Origin: Octopus sinensis
Lineage: Eukaryota
Assembly: GCF_006345805.1 (NCBI RefSeq)
Contig: NC_043011.1
Span: 41,304,464 to 41,368,463 of the forward strand
Direction of reading: 5' to 3'
DNA length: 64,000 bases
The translations under genes and the position numbers were made by a program. Below, in pieces: positions 52,215 through 64,000 of this stretch. Every line of letters starts with the position of its first letter. Within the stretch, counting starts at the first letter, position 1. The notes below the pieces were generated by a model, which saw nothing but the letters and a program-made list of their open reading frames with translations, was not told where the DNA came from and searched no databases.

Positions 52215-52900
52215 GAGAGATAAAAGAATGCATTGGAATAGTGACCGAGTGAATGTCTTTGAGATAACTGGGAAATGGCTTTGAGATAAACAGAGGCTGT
52301 GATAGAGAATAAAGATTACAAGATTTTATGGAACTTCCGCATAAACACTGACCATAGTATGGAAGCAAGAAGACCAGTCTGTAGAGGACAAAAGAAGCTA
52401 TGTAAGATCATGGATTTTGCAATACCATAAGAGGGTTGGGGTCAAAGAAATTGGAAACGGAAATGAGAAATATCGGGATCTTGCTAGGGAGCTGAAGAAA
52501 TTGTGGAAGACCATGACAACAATTATTTGTGTAGGAATTCGTGCGGGAATTCTTGTACTTGGCACAAGATGCCGCCTTAACAGACTGAGGGATATTGGAA
52601 TCGAGGCTCGCAATTCTGTATCCTGCAAGGATCCTAAAAGATTCTTGAGATTCGAAGAGATTTGTTGATATCAAATTCAAAGACAACAATTATTTGTGTA
52701 GGAATTCGTGCGGGAATTCTTGTACTTGGCACAAGATGCTGCCTAACAGACTGAGGGATATTGGAATCGAGGCTCGCAATTCTGTATCCTGCAAGAATCC
52801 TAAAAGATTCTTGAGATTCGAAGAGATTTGTTGATATCAAATTCCAAGACAAATAGTCTGGCAATTAGCCACCCGACTGAATAAAAATATGTAACGTGCG
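52215..52900 (+). mobile_element. R4/Dong-like LINE RLE domain remnant with a 167-bp tandem duplication
   Basis: KILWNFRINTDHSMEARRP..CKIMDFAIP..EKYRDLARELKKLWK; 52515-52681 is repeated at 52682-52850. Confidence 0.82.
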
Positions 52901-53137
52901 ACAGGAGTAGGTTTAGATTAAAAATAGACATTTGAGCTTTGAGTCACTGTTTTCCGATATCAGTAGCGATGGATTTCGTCTTACGGTCATCAGTGAGTAC
53001 ATGTTACTGACGAAGCCCAACGGGCAGGAAATTCGCATGTAGCATTCTCACTGTAGCTATTGGACGATTTCCGTCTGCCACTGATTTATCTTGCTTTTAA
53101 ACGTAACACGTCCATATGAGACATCTACGAATGAATA

Positions 53138-53365
53138 TCTATTTCTTTACTACCCACAAGAGGCTAAACGGCTAAACACAAGGACACACAGACGGATTAA
53201 GTCGATTATATCGACCCCAGTGCGTAACTGGTACTTAATTTATCTACCCCGAAAGGATGAAAGGCAAAGTCGACCTCGGCGGAATTTGAACTCAGAACGT
53301 AACGCCAGACGAAATACGGCTACGCATTTCGCCCGGCGTGCTAACGTTTCTGCCAGCTCACCACG
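53138..53365 (-). mobile_element. OK-like SINE
   Basis: Closely matches 23235-23471. Confidence 0.85.
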
Positions 53366-53619
53366 GTTAATTTGTTTTCCACGAAGTATTCACTTTAAGT
53401 ATGATATTCAGATGGCTACTTTCATCTAAAATTGCTCCTGTTGCTTTGTATTCTGGCACTCCGTTGGTTAGGACGACGAGTGTTCCAGTTGATCCGATCA
53501 GCAGTCTACAGGCATGCGTACCCTTAATGCGTACCCTTAATGAATTTCTCAGGATAGATTCAGCATGACACAAAAGGCGACATGTCTGGTCCTCCTCTGT
53601 AATTACCGGGATTTACCAT

Positions 53620-55608
53620 GGATATCGGACGATTTGAGGATGCTGACGGAGGTGGAGGACAAAAGGCCGAACTGAATAACTGAAATTTATTCGATGATTT
53701 TTGCCCTTTTCGCAACGCTTTCCTCACTTTCATCGACAGGAGTTTTCGATAAAAACCTGTCCAATAAGGTCTGTTTCATTCTCTTTCTTATGAATAAAGT
53801 CTGGAAGTTTCTCACATTCCCAACATTTCCTTTATGGCACTGATAGAGACAACTTCCTCCGTCTCCTCCACGTCACCTATTTCCTGCGAAACCTCCATGT
53901 GTTCCTGCGTCTGTAGCTCCTTTAGCTCTTCCGTTATCAGTTCCTCGGAGTGCTCCTCGATGAGCTCATTGATGTCACCTTCACCCACATCCAGGCCCAT
54001 GGGCTTACTGAAGGATGCAATCTCTTCCACCACTGCCGCCTCGGGTTCGAGTCTTTCAAAGTCTGTTTCAGATACAACCTCAGGCCACAGCTTCTTCCAG
54101 GCAGAGGTCAAGGTCTTCTCTGAAACACCCTGCCAGGCCATATCGATAATTTCTGAGGCATATCACGATGTTATAGTGGTCCTTCCAGAACTCTCGAAGG
54201 GGGAGATTTGTGTTCTCTGCCACGTCAAAGCAGCGGCGAAAGAGGTGCTTGATGAAGAGCCTCTTGAAATTAGAAACTTCTCGCTGATCCATTGGCTGCA
54301 GGATAGGGGTGGTGTTGGGTGGAAGGTAGAGAACCTTTATAAACTTGAACCCTTCGAGGATGTCATCTTCGAGGTTAGGTGGGTGAGTAGGTGCATTGTC
54401 CAGGACGAGAAGGACTTGCAAGGGTACTTTATTTTCCTGGAGATATTTCTTAACGTCAAGACCAAAGACCAAATTCACCCACTTCACAAAGAACTTCCTG
54501 GTGACCCGCGCTCTTGTACTTGCTCTCCATATAACCTGCAGTTTCTTTTTCAGAATCTTATATAACTTAAAGGTTCTGGGGTTTTCCAAACGATAAACGA
54601 GCAGTGGCTTAATCTTGCAGTTGCCGCTCGCATTGGTGCACAGTGCGAGGGTCAGCCTATCTTTCATGGGTTTGTGGCCTGACATCCTCTTCTCCTCTGC
54701 CGTTATATATGTCTTCCTTAGACTGTCTCCTTACAGTTAAGGATTTTCTGGGAGATGTATCCTTCGGCTGCTATAATTCCAGCAAAAGTTTTGAGGTAAC
54801 CCTCAGCTGCCTTTATATCCGCCCTCGCTGCCTCACCATGCCCGACAAGGGGCTGAATGCTGGTCCTCTTTTTAAAATTCTCAGACCAACCCCGACTAGC
54901 TTTAATTGGCTCGCCCGATACCTCGTCCATACAAATGCCTGTGGGTCTGTTGCAGCAAATCAGCGTAAATAGCTCATGCATTCTCGCAGATTATACCCTC
55001 CGTCACAGTATCTCCTACGAGCTACTTCTCTGTCAACCACACTATCAGCATCTTTTCCATATTTTCATGGATAGATGCCCGCTGGTTAGAAATTATTTTG
55101 ACGTCCTTGGCTGGCGTTATGGCCTTTATCGACTCCTTCTGTTTCAGTATGGTGCAGATCGTAGATGTGCTACGCTCGTACTGCTTCGCTATGTCGTCAA
55201 CACGCACACCTTGATCATGTCTTTCTTTAATTCGATGCACATCGACTGCTTCTTCTCACCACTGTCCTTCGCACTCACTTTCTTCGTACCCATGGTTAGA
55301 AAATAACTACAAGCACAACTACAAGCACAATACTGATATTTCTGTAGCCTGAAACGACCAAGTAAGCATTTTGCCACCCGTCTAACTAACGATCTCCGCA
55401 CTTGCTAACACGCATGTCTGTCTAGCTATCGAGTGCGAGATGGGATGCTGGGCAGATGGCGTTCGCTACGCCAACTCGCGGTGAGGTATCTGAAACTGGC
55501 TCGTAACCCGAATTTTAGCTCACAACTCAAAGCAAAATTTCGGCCGAGAAACGGCTCGTATCTCGAAAAATTCGTTAGTTGGTACACTCGTAAATGAAAG
55601 TACAACTG
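53620..55608 (-). mobile_element. Tigger/pogo (CENP-B-like, DDE_1) transposon fossil
   Basis: MGTKKVSAKDSGEKK, psq-type HTH (GVRVDDIAKQYERSTSTICTILK), KASRGW, HGEAA, KDRLTLALCTNASG, LLVLDNAPTHP, LPPNTTPILQPMDQ; many frameshifts. Terminus ta|cagttgtactttc at 55608. Confidence 0.93.
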
Positions 55609-56629
55609 TATGACTTGCTAACGCGTATGTCTTCTATGTTCCTGCCGTAAGGCTTCACTTTCACACGCGCCAGCTTAATTTAATTCGCCCTTAGTCGAAA
55701 GACACCTGTTGTTAATGTCCTGATATTTGTATTTGTAATTGTGTACCATTTCTCTGTTTTTCTTTTCGTCCTTGTTTACGTATATATTTGCTTGCTTTCT
55801 TTCAAAGAATCTAGTGTACTTAGCTTAGATATTCTTGGGGCCGGCCAGATTAGAGCAGTCTCGAGTGTAACCGGCCGAAACTGCAAAGACAATCTAATAC
55901 TCGACTGAAGACTGAAAGTTCCGAATGACCCGTCCTTGTTTTTTTTTCTGTCCTTTTCTGTGTCGTCTAACTGTCCGAATGTTTTGTTGTCGCCTATTAC
56001 GTTCTTGTTCCATTTTTTGTTTTGTTTACACACATACACACACGTGTGTGTGAGTGTGTAAATATGTAGACGCATACTAGTACATATACACACATATATA
56101 CATATATGCATACACACACACACACAAATATATACATACGTACAGACATACATACACATACGCACGTACTGCATACATTCATGCATACATACATACATGC
56201 ATACATACATACATGCATGCATGCATACATACATACATAAATACATACATGCATGCATGTATACGCACGTGCATAAAACATACATACACATACATACATG
56301 CATACATACGTACATAATACATACATACGTACGTACATACATTCATACATACATGCATTTATACATACATGCACGCATGCATACGTACATACATACATAC
56401 ATGCATACATACATACATACATACATACATGCATGCATACATACATTCATACATACATACATACATACATACATACATACATACATACATACATACATAC
56501 ATACATGCATGCATGCATACATACATTCATACATACATACATACATACATACATACATACATACATACATACATACATACATACATACATTCATACATAC
56601 ATACATTCATACATACATTCATACATACA

Positions 56630-56663
<34 letters not shown>

Positions 56664-56949
56664 CATACATACATACATACATACATACATACATACATAC
56701 ATACATACATGCTGCATGTATAGATATACGTGCGCGCACACAGAGAGTCCTGGTTGCAAGTCTGACTCCTGAGAAGAAATTTCATAATATTGTTTTCTAA
56801 ATATTTTTTGACTCTCAAGATTAAAACTAATTAACAACTAGATAATAATGTCAAGTAACAAAGTTAATTGATTAATTATTATTACTTGTTATGAAAATCT
56901 AGAACGATGAAATATTAATTCATTATTTCGTTGTCTATTTGACATTTCT

Positions 56950-57620
56950 GATCTTGCAAGGTACATCAGGTCGGGTCGGGTCAGTTGTGGACGCATACAA
57001 AGTTGCAGCACGTTGCTGCATTCGCCATTTGTCCGTATTTTCCTGGGTCCTCCCGGATGACCCGTTGAAAAGAGTCCCAATTAGTGCCCCGTCTCAGCGA
57101 GATGCCTCCTCGCTTGCCGTGGCCATATGGCATGTGGTCGACCAACGCCAACGATCAACCCAGCCGGATCCTCAGTGAAGAGAACATGATAAGCAGAGAC
57201 CAACTCGGAAAATCGAGCACCATGGCCACACGGTCCGAGCTGGTACTCTCCCGTCATACATGTAACAGGACGCATCATAGTTTCTGAGTAGAGTCGTTGG
57301 TTGGATACGAAATTCGACCAATGGTAACCCATAATTCTGCAAAACATCCTAGTACCAAAAGAATTCAGGCGGCTCATGAGGGACCCGACAGTGTCCACGT
57401 CTCACAACTATAGAACAGGACAAGGAGGACCAGACATCTAAAGATCCGAACCTTTGTACTCTTGCTCAGATATTGTCTACGCCAAACACCCATGTCCAGC
57501 GAATCCACAACTACTCCAACTCGTCCAAGTCATTTCTGGAATTCAGTCTCAGAGCTAATGCCGCAATGAATCTCTCTGCTCATTGAAGCGGTCAACAACT
57601 TCGACATTCTTACCTGAAAC
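56950..57620 (-). mobile_element. RTE-clade LINE RT C-terminal fragment (second family)
   Basis: WRRQYLSKSTKVRIFRCLVLLVL, RLNSFGTRMFCRIMGYHWSNFVSNQRL, GHGAR, GRP. Confidence 0.85.
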
Positions 57621-57703
57621 ATTATTATTTTATAAACCTAGAACCTCTCCCCACTCACACACTCACGCATGCAGAAACACTTCTTACGCGACCATTAAAG
57701 TAT

Positions 57704-57734
<31 letters not shown>

Positions 57735-57735
<1 letters not shown>

Positions 57736-58140
57736 GGAGTGGCTGTGTGGTAAGTAGCTTGCTAACCAACCACATGGTTCCGGGTTCAGTCCCACTGCGT
57801 GGCATCTTGGGCAAGTGTCTTCTGTTATAGCCTCGGGCCAACCAAAGCCTTGTGAGTGGATTTGGTAGAAGGAAACTGAAAGAAGCCTGTCGTATATATG
57901 TATATATATATGTATGTGTGTATATATGTTTGTGTGTCTGTGTTTGTCCCTCTAGCATTGCTTGACAACTGATGCTGGTGTGTTTACGTCCCCGTCACCT
58001 AGCGGTTCGGCAAAAGAGACCGATAGAATAAGTACTGGGCTTACAAAGAATAAGTCCCGGGGTCGATTTGCTGGACTAAAGGCAGTGCTCCAGCATGGCC
58101 GCATTCAAATGACTGAAACAAGTAAAAGAGTAAAAAAGTA
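57735..58140 (+). mobile_element. CORE-like SINE, near full length
   Basis: Near-identical to 23581-24000. Confidence 0.9.
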
Positions 58141-58164
58141 ATATATAATTCTGTACTTGAAATG

Positions 58165-58545
58165 ACCTATTTTAAATACCGTTGGAGCTTACTCATAACG
58201 TATTGGAATCTTACATTGTGTATAAACTCTATATTTGGAATGAACGATTTTAAATGCTGTTGGATTTTTCCCATAAGGTATTGGAATCTTACATATATAC
58301 CATTCTGCCGAAAAAATTGATTTACAACTTCAATATCCCTACATATCTCACATCTATTTTCTTTCCTCCACCTCACTCTCTATTTTGTATCCTATCTAAA
58401 TTAATTATAACCATCCTCGCACACAGTATCCGATGAAGGGATATAATTAATAAATACCCTGGAAACAGCTGTAAGACCTATCTATAAATGTTCTAATATC
58501 TACACAGCCTTGTTTTTTTATCTCATTACGCAAAAACTTCTTATA
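58165..58545 (+). mobile_element. Penelope-like pLTR, same family as 20562-21065, with a hammerhead motif at 58426-58477
   Basis: gtat-CCGATGA-agggatat..ataccct-g-GAAAC-agct-GTA-agac; flanks homologous to 20740-21060. Confidence 0.78.
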
Positions 58546-58557
58546 TATATATGTATG

Positions 58558-58606
<49 letters not shown>

Positions 58607-58764
58607 ACATACATACATACATACATACATACACACATACATACATACATACATACATACATACATACATACATACATACATACATAATATACATACATA
58701 CATACACACACACAAACACACACACATACATATATATATATACATAATTATATGTATACATATA

Positions 58765-58932
58765 CACAGCGGGATTCTTTCAGTTTCCGTCAACCACATT
58801 CCCTCACATGGCTTAGGTCGGATCCCGAGGCTATAGTAAAAGATACTCACCTAAGGTATCATGCAGTGGAACTGAACCCAGAACCATGAGGTTGTAAAGC
58901 AAGCTTCTAACCACATAGCCACGCCTGCGCCT
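58765..58932 (-). mobile_element. CORE-like SINE, 5' half
   Basis: Reverse complement of the family head. Confidence 0.75.
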
Positions 58933-59334
58933 CTGTGTGTGTGTGTGTGTGTGTGTATTCTTTTATTCTTTTACTTGACTGCGGCCATGCTGGAGCTAGA
59001 AGTATCACCAGAGTTAGTCGAAAGTTTGTATCGACGACGACGACAACTTGCAGTGAGACGTATTGGTGACTGATTGTTGAGGTTAATTAAAGCAGCTAAG
59101 ATAATCACTGTTAAAAGCTAATGAAGTGAGTGTGGGGCGGTGGAAGTGGGAGCTGTGATGGAAGAACTAGTGTGGGTAGGGAGTGGGTAGGTGGTGGAGG
59201 TGGAGGTGTGGAACTAATTAAAATCTCATCATCACTTCGGGAAGAGTCATCATTGATGTTTAATGTTTGATTGGCTGCGATAAACTGTCGATGGTTAGTG
59301 GAAATACAGAAAAGGGAGACACGGAGACAGAGAT

Positions 59335-59368
<34 letters not shown>

Positions 59369-59608
59369 TACATGTGTGTGAGAGAGAGAGAAAGACAATG
59401 TGTGAGTGTCAGAGAGATAGTTTTTCTCTGTGTTTGTGAGAGAGACATAGAGGAGAGAGAGAGAGAGAGTGGAAATGTGTGAATGATAGAGTGTGTGTAT
59501 GCGCATGAGTATGCTCATGTGCGTGTGTGTACGCGTGTATCTATGTATATAATGTGCATGTGTGTGTGCGTATATGTATGTGTGTATATGTGTGTGCGTA
59601 TTTACATA

Positions 59609-59662
<54 letters not shown>

Positions 59663-59748
59663 CCAAACTCAAAAACACCTCACCTAGTTTCTTCTGGTCA
59701 GGTCCGTCGGTAAAATCTGCTTAATTGATATATAATTTATCACACACA

Positions 59749-59810
<62 letters not shown>

Positions 59811-59849
59811 TATATATATACACACACACACACACACCAGATAACACTT

Positions 59850-60135
59850 CAACGAAAAATCTTCCCGATTAAGCGTGAGTCCTCCAGCTGCCTTGTCGTT
59901 CTTGTCCAGCCAGCTCTGGACACTGTCCATCCATTGCAGTCTTTGCTTGCCTCTTGGTTTAATATTCTCTTCTCTTTCTTCCACGATAATGTTTACCAAA
60001 CCTCTGCTTCTTTGGCTATGGCCATTATAGATGAGCTTTTGGGTTTTCGCATTGGTCAGTAGCTGTCGGCTTTCATGCACTTGTTGCTTAAGCAGCAACG
60101 TAATTTCATGACTTCGCTTGTCTGGAGTTAAAAGA
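59850..60135 (-). mobile_element. Old RTE LINE C-terminal fragment
   Basis: QKLIYNGHSQRSRGLVNIIVE..KPRGKQRLQWMDSVQSW. Confidence 0.7.
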
Positions 60136-60148
60136 TGTTTATAATAAA

Positions 60149-60672
60149 CTAGCAGTATCGCCCGGCGTTGCTCGGGTTTGTAAGGGAAATAACTATATAA
60201 GCATTTTTAGAGAGTTACTTCCCTTATAGATGCCAATTCGGGCTTTCTTAGCCATTTCTGTTTTGGTGTCTTCAAGCCATGAAGTCGTTGTTCTAAAAGA
60301 ACGCTGGTCTCCTTGACAACGCTTTACGACGTTGATTTCCTTACACTCCCTTCCCCACAGCTTCACGAGGGAGGGAAGAAGGGGGAGAAGCAAACAGGTG
60401 CAGGTGTGACCATGGACGCCAACTCCGCCGCCATCGACACACGAAAAATTATGCATTAAAATGGAATAAAAAATTATGTTAAATTATTTTTTAAATCGTA
60501 GACTCATCGTAGACTCATCGTAGACGCGCGCTAATACTCAGACGAGTTCGTTATGAATCACGACTATAAGATACCCGAATTTGGTTAAACTGCACCGCAA
60601 AATGTGAGAGTAGTTAGGCATCTAAATCGAAGGGGACAGACACTCACACAACTACAGTTTTATATATATAGA
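60149..60672 (-). mobile_element. Non-autonomous Helitron (second family)
   Basis: Minus strand A|TCtatatatataaaac ... hairpin cccgagcaacgccggg ... CTAG|T. Confidence 0.82.
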
Positions 60673-60976
60673 TATTATGAAGAGAACCAGAAATGAAATC
60701 AAAAGCGCGAGCGTGAAGCAGCCATTTCCGCACGTTTCGTTCACGAAGAACATAAGGTAAAGCGTTTTTTTTTTGTTTTTTTCTGCAAACCTTCATTTCG
60801 CATTTCAAAAAGTATTTCAGACAGTGGATATTTCTAAAGTAAACCAGGCTCAGATTACCAGCTGATGATCAGAAATGAGCAACTTTGAGAACTAGAAATC
60901 ATAGCCTTCAAGTTATATTCAAAACTACTCTGCTTGGTATGGAGTCCTGTAATTTATCGCATCTGGCGAGCAACAG

Positions 60977-61053
<77 letters not shown>

Positions 61054-61064
61054 TAATATATATA

Positions 61065-61714
<650 letters not shown>

Positions 61715-61721
61715 ATATATT

Positions 61722-61746
<25 letters not shown>

Positions 61747-61753
<7 letters not shown>

Positions 61754-62096
61754 ATACCCTATTAATTAAGAGAAGAAAATGAGAGTTAGTAGTTAATTAT
61801 TTATTAATAAATTGATAATCATTTCTTCCTACAGCTGTTTCCATTCATACTCATTGAATAAATGACAAATGTACGCATTAAATTAACATTTATAAGTTAT
61901 GAGCAAAATATCATCAGAGAAAGGTTAGACATTAAAAATTTACATTTGATTTATCTTTTAAGGCATAAATTTATAATTCATTTAATGAGTATGGATGGAA
62001 ACAGCTGTTGCAAGAAATGATTATCAATTTACTAATAAATAATTATTAACCACTAACTCTCCATTTTCTTCTCTTAATTTAATACGGATTATATAC
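61747..62096. mobile_element. Penelope-like fold-back unit with a minus-strand hammerhead motif
   Basis: Arms 61747-61860 and 61976-62096; minus strand tct-CTGATGA...GAAAC-agct-GTA-gga (61920-61827). Confidence 0.72.
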
Positions 62097-62206
62097 TTAA
62101 TATATACCAATTGATTTAGGAAAATTTATTTCCCAAAGACATAAGGTATAGAACCAGTATTTTCTTGGATGTAATCATACCTTCAAGAGCAACTTTATAT
62201 CCTCAA

Positions 62207-62286
<80 letters not shown>

Positions 62287-62764
62287 ACTTTATATATTTT
62301 GCGAGCGGAGGTGAGCTACTGCCATCTCTCGCAGACGAGGTGTCCAGTACTTGAAGAGAGGCAGAAATAGCCCGAAACCAGATTGGTATGCTGGTCCCGC
62401 CGCTAGAAGGTAGTAAGATTTTGTTCCCTTGCTCGTAATATATCGGATGCAGTTGTGCATCATTAACCAGCTACGGGGACATGTCCTCTCGGGGTTAAAA
62501 AATCGCAGTAAAATCTATTTGAACGGCACAATCATGTTGAAGTGGCATGTTGTGTGTGTGTGTGTGTGTTTGTGTGTACATAAATGTCGAACGATACAAA
62601 AATAAGTTCTCAACACTACATTGGTGGATATAATTTCATTATTTGTGAATTAAGGCTACCATTGGTTTTATGTTAAGAAAAGTAGGAAAATATCCTAGTG
62701 TCTTAACAATATTTCAAGCCGATCACATAGAGTATGGCGTTCGCCTCTATTTTGGAAAACACAG

Positions 62765-63093
62765 CCTCATTTAGTGGTTAGAGTATCGAGCTTACGATCG
62801 TGAGGTTGTGAGTTTGAATCCCGGACCGGGCTGCGTGTTGTGTTCTTGAACAAGACACTTTATTTCACGTTGCCCCAGTTCACTCAGCTGTAGAAATGAG
62901 TTGCGACGCCACAGATGCCAAGCTGTATCGACCTTTGCCCTTCCCTTGGATAACACCGGTGGGGTGGAGAGTGAAGGCCGGTATGCATGGGCGACTGCTG
63001 GTCTTCCATAAACAACCTTGCTCGGACTTGTGCCTGGGAGGGTAACTTTCTAGGTGAAATCCCATGGTCAGTCATGACTGAAGGGGGTCTCAG
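62765..63093 (+). mobile_element. tRNA-derived SINE with CORE-like centre (further family)
   Basis: tagtggttagag A-box, gagtttgaatccc B-box, tgtgttcttgaacaagacacttt. Confidence 0.75.
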
Positions 63094-63136
63094 CATATAT
63101 ATATATATATATATAATATACAGAGAGAGAAAGATT

Positions 63137-63199
<63 letters not shown>

Positions 63200-63224
63200 G
63201 TAGATAGATAGATAGATAGATAGA

Positions 63225-63690
63225 TATTATTTGATAACAGTTTGACTCGGCTCCATGCAACACAAAGTTTCGTAGACTCGTGAAACGACTCTATCTCGTC
63301 AAAGTTGTCGATCTCTACAAGTCTGACGAAATAGGTTCGTTTGATAAACCTGCGAACCTTTAAGCTGCATGGAGCCGAGTCAAACTGTAATTAAATAATA
63401 TGGTTCCTACAGAATATGCAGGGCGCATCTTTCTATCGTTTGTCAACTCGTATGTATAAATAGCAATCTGTATATCCTACAAAATGTAGATACGCTGTAA
63501 GAGCGCCATAATACTGCGGTGTTCATCTTCAGAATGCATCTCACATAGACGTTAATCACGTGTTCTACCGGCTTCGCCGATGGTGCTTAACATTTTCCTC
63601 CTATTGCCGATACGTCTGTTTTTTTTGGGGGGGGGGGGCACCGGGATACTCAAGAGGAATATCACAGTATTATGGCGTTCTTACAGTACA
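63225..63690. repeat. Two adjacent short fold-back units
   Basis: 63225-63262 vs 63364-63400, and 63495-63530 vs 63657-63688. Confidence 0.75.
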
Positions 63691-64000
63691 TTCACGTGTT
63701 AGTTAAGTAGGGGACACACACACACATATAACTTACAGTAATAAAGTCAAACCAAGTAATAATATTTTGAATACATTTAATACGTACGTTTCAGATCGTT
63801 ACCCAATAGATAAGATATATTCATCTCGTATGCAATATTTTTCACAGTTAAAACATTTTAAACTATGAACAAACTGATGGACCTCACACTTTATGGGCAG
63901 AGCATTTTAAGTCGCCTACTAAATGAAGAGAGGATGTGGCTAGAAGGAGTAACGGTTATTTTTATTCAGCCCGACAGCTATTTGCAACATCGTTGAATGC

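Noticed and set aside
51669-52368. Gly/Asp/Glu-rich and His-rich ORFs
   Set aside because: Compound GGT/GAT/GAA microsatellite.
53812-55293. Domesticated TIGD/CENP-B-like host gene
   Set aside because: Multiple frameshifts, damaged catalytic motifs and a retained TIR; it is a transposon fossil.

Overview
AT-rich, microsatellite-saturated animal genomic DNA. The SINE, RTE, Penelope and R4-like repeat families look like those of a coleoid cephalopod, most likely Octopus (recognised from memory, not from a search). The only convincing host gene is the 3' half of a misato homolog (MSTO1) on the + strand: five GT-AG exons with consistent phases (2276-2407, 5452-5633, 6313-6414, 8258-8373, 9160-9356). 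The rest is intronic or intergenic. It holds RTE, R4/Dong-like and Tx1-like LINE fragments, three tRNA-derived SINE families, mariner, maT-like, Tigger and hAT fossils, non-autonomous Helitrons, minisatellites and a 100-N gap. The most interesting signals are: (i) about a dozen minimal type-I hammerhead-ribozyme motifs, many inside short non-coding fold-back units typical of Penelope pseudo-LTRs; (ii) a ~550-bp non-coding retroposon found in (TAA)n-type tracts beside R4/Dong fossils; (iii) a 6.3-kb interval bracketed by long inverted arms next to three tiers of CpG-rich minisatellite; (iv) a 46-bp satellite followed by a decayed inverted copy. Most ORFs in the supplied track are microsatellite artefacts.
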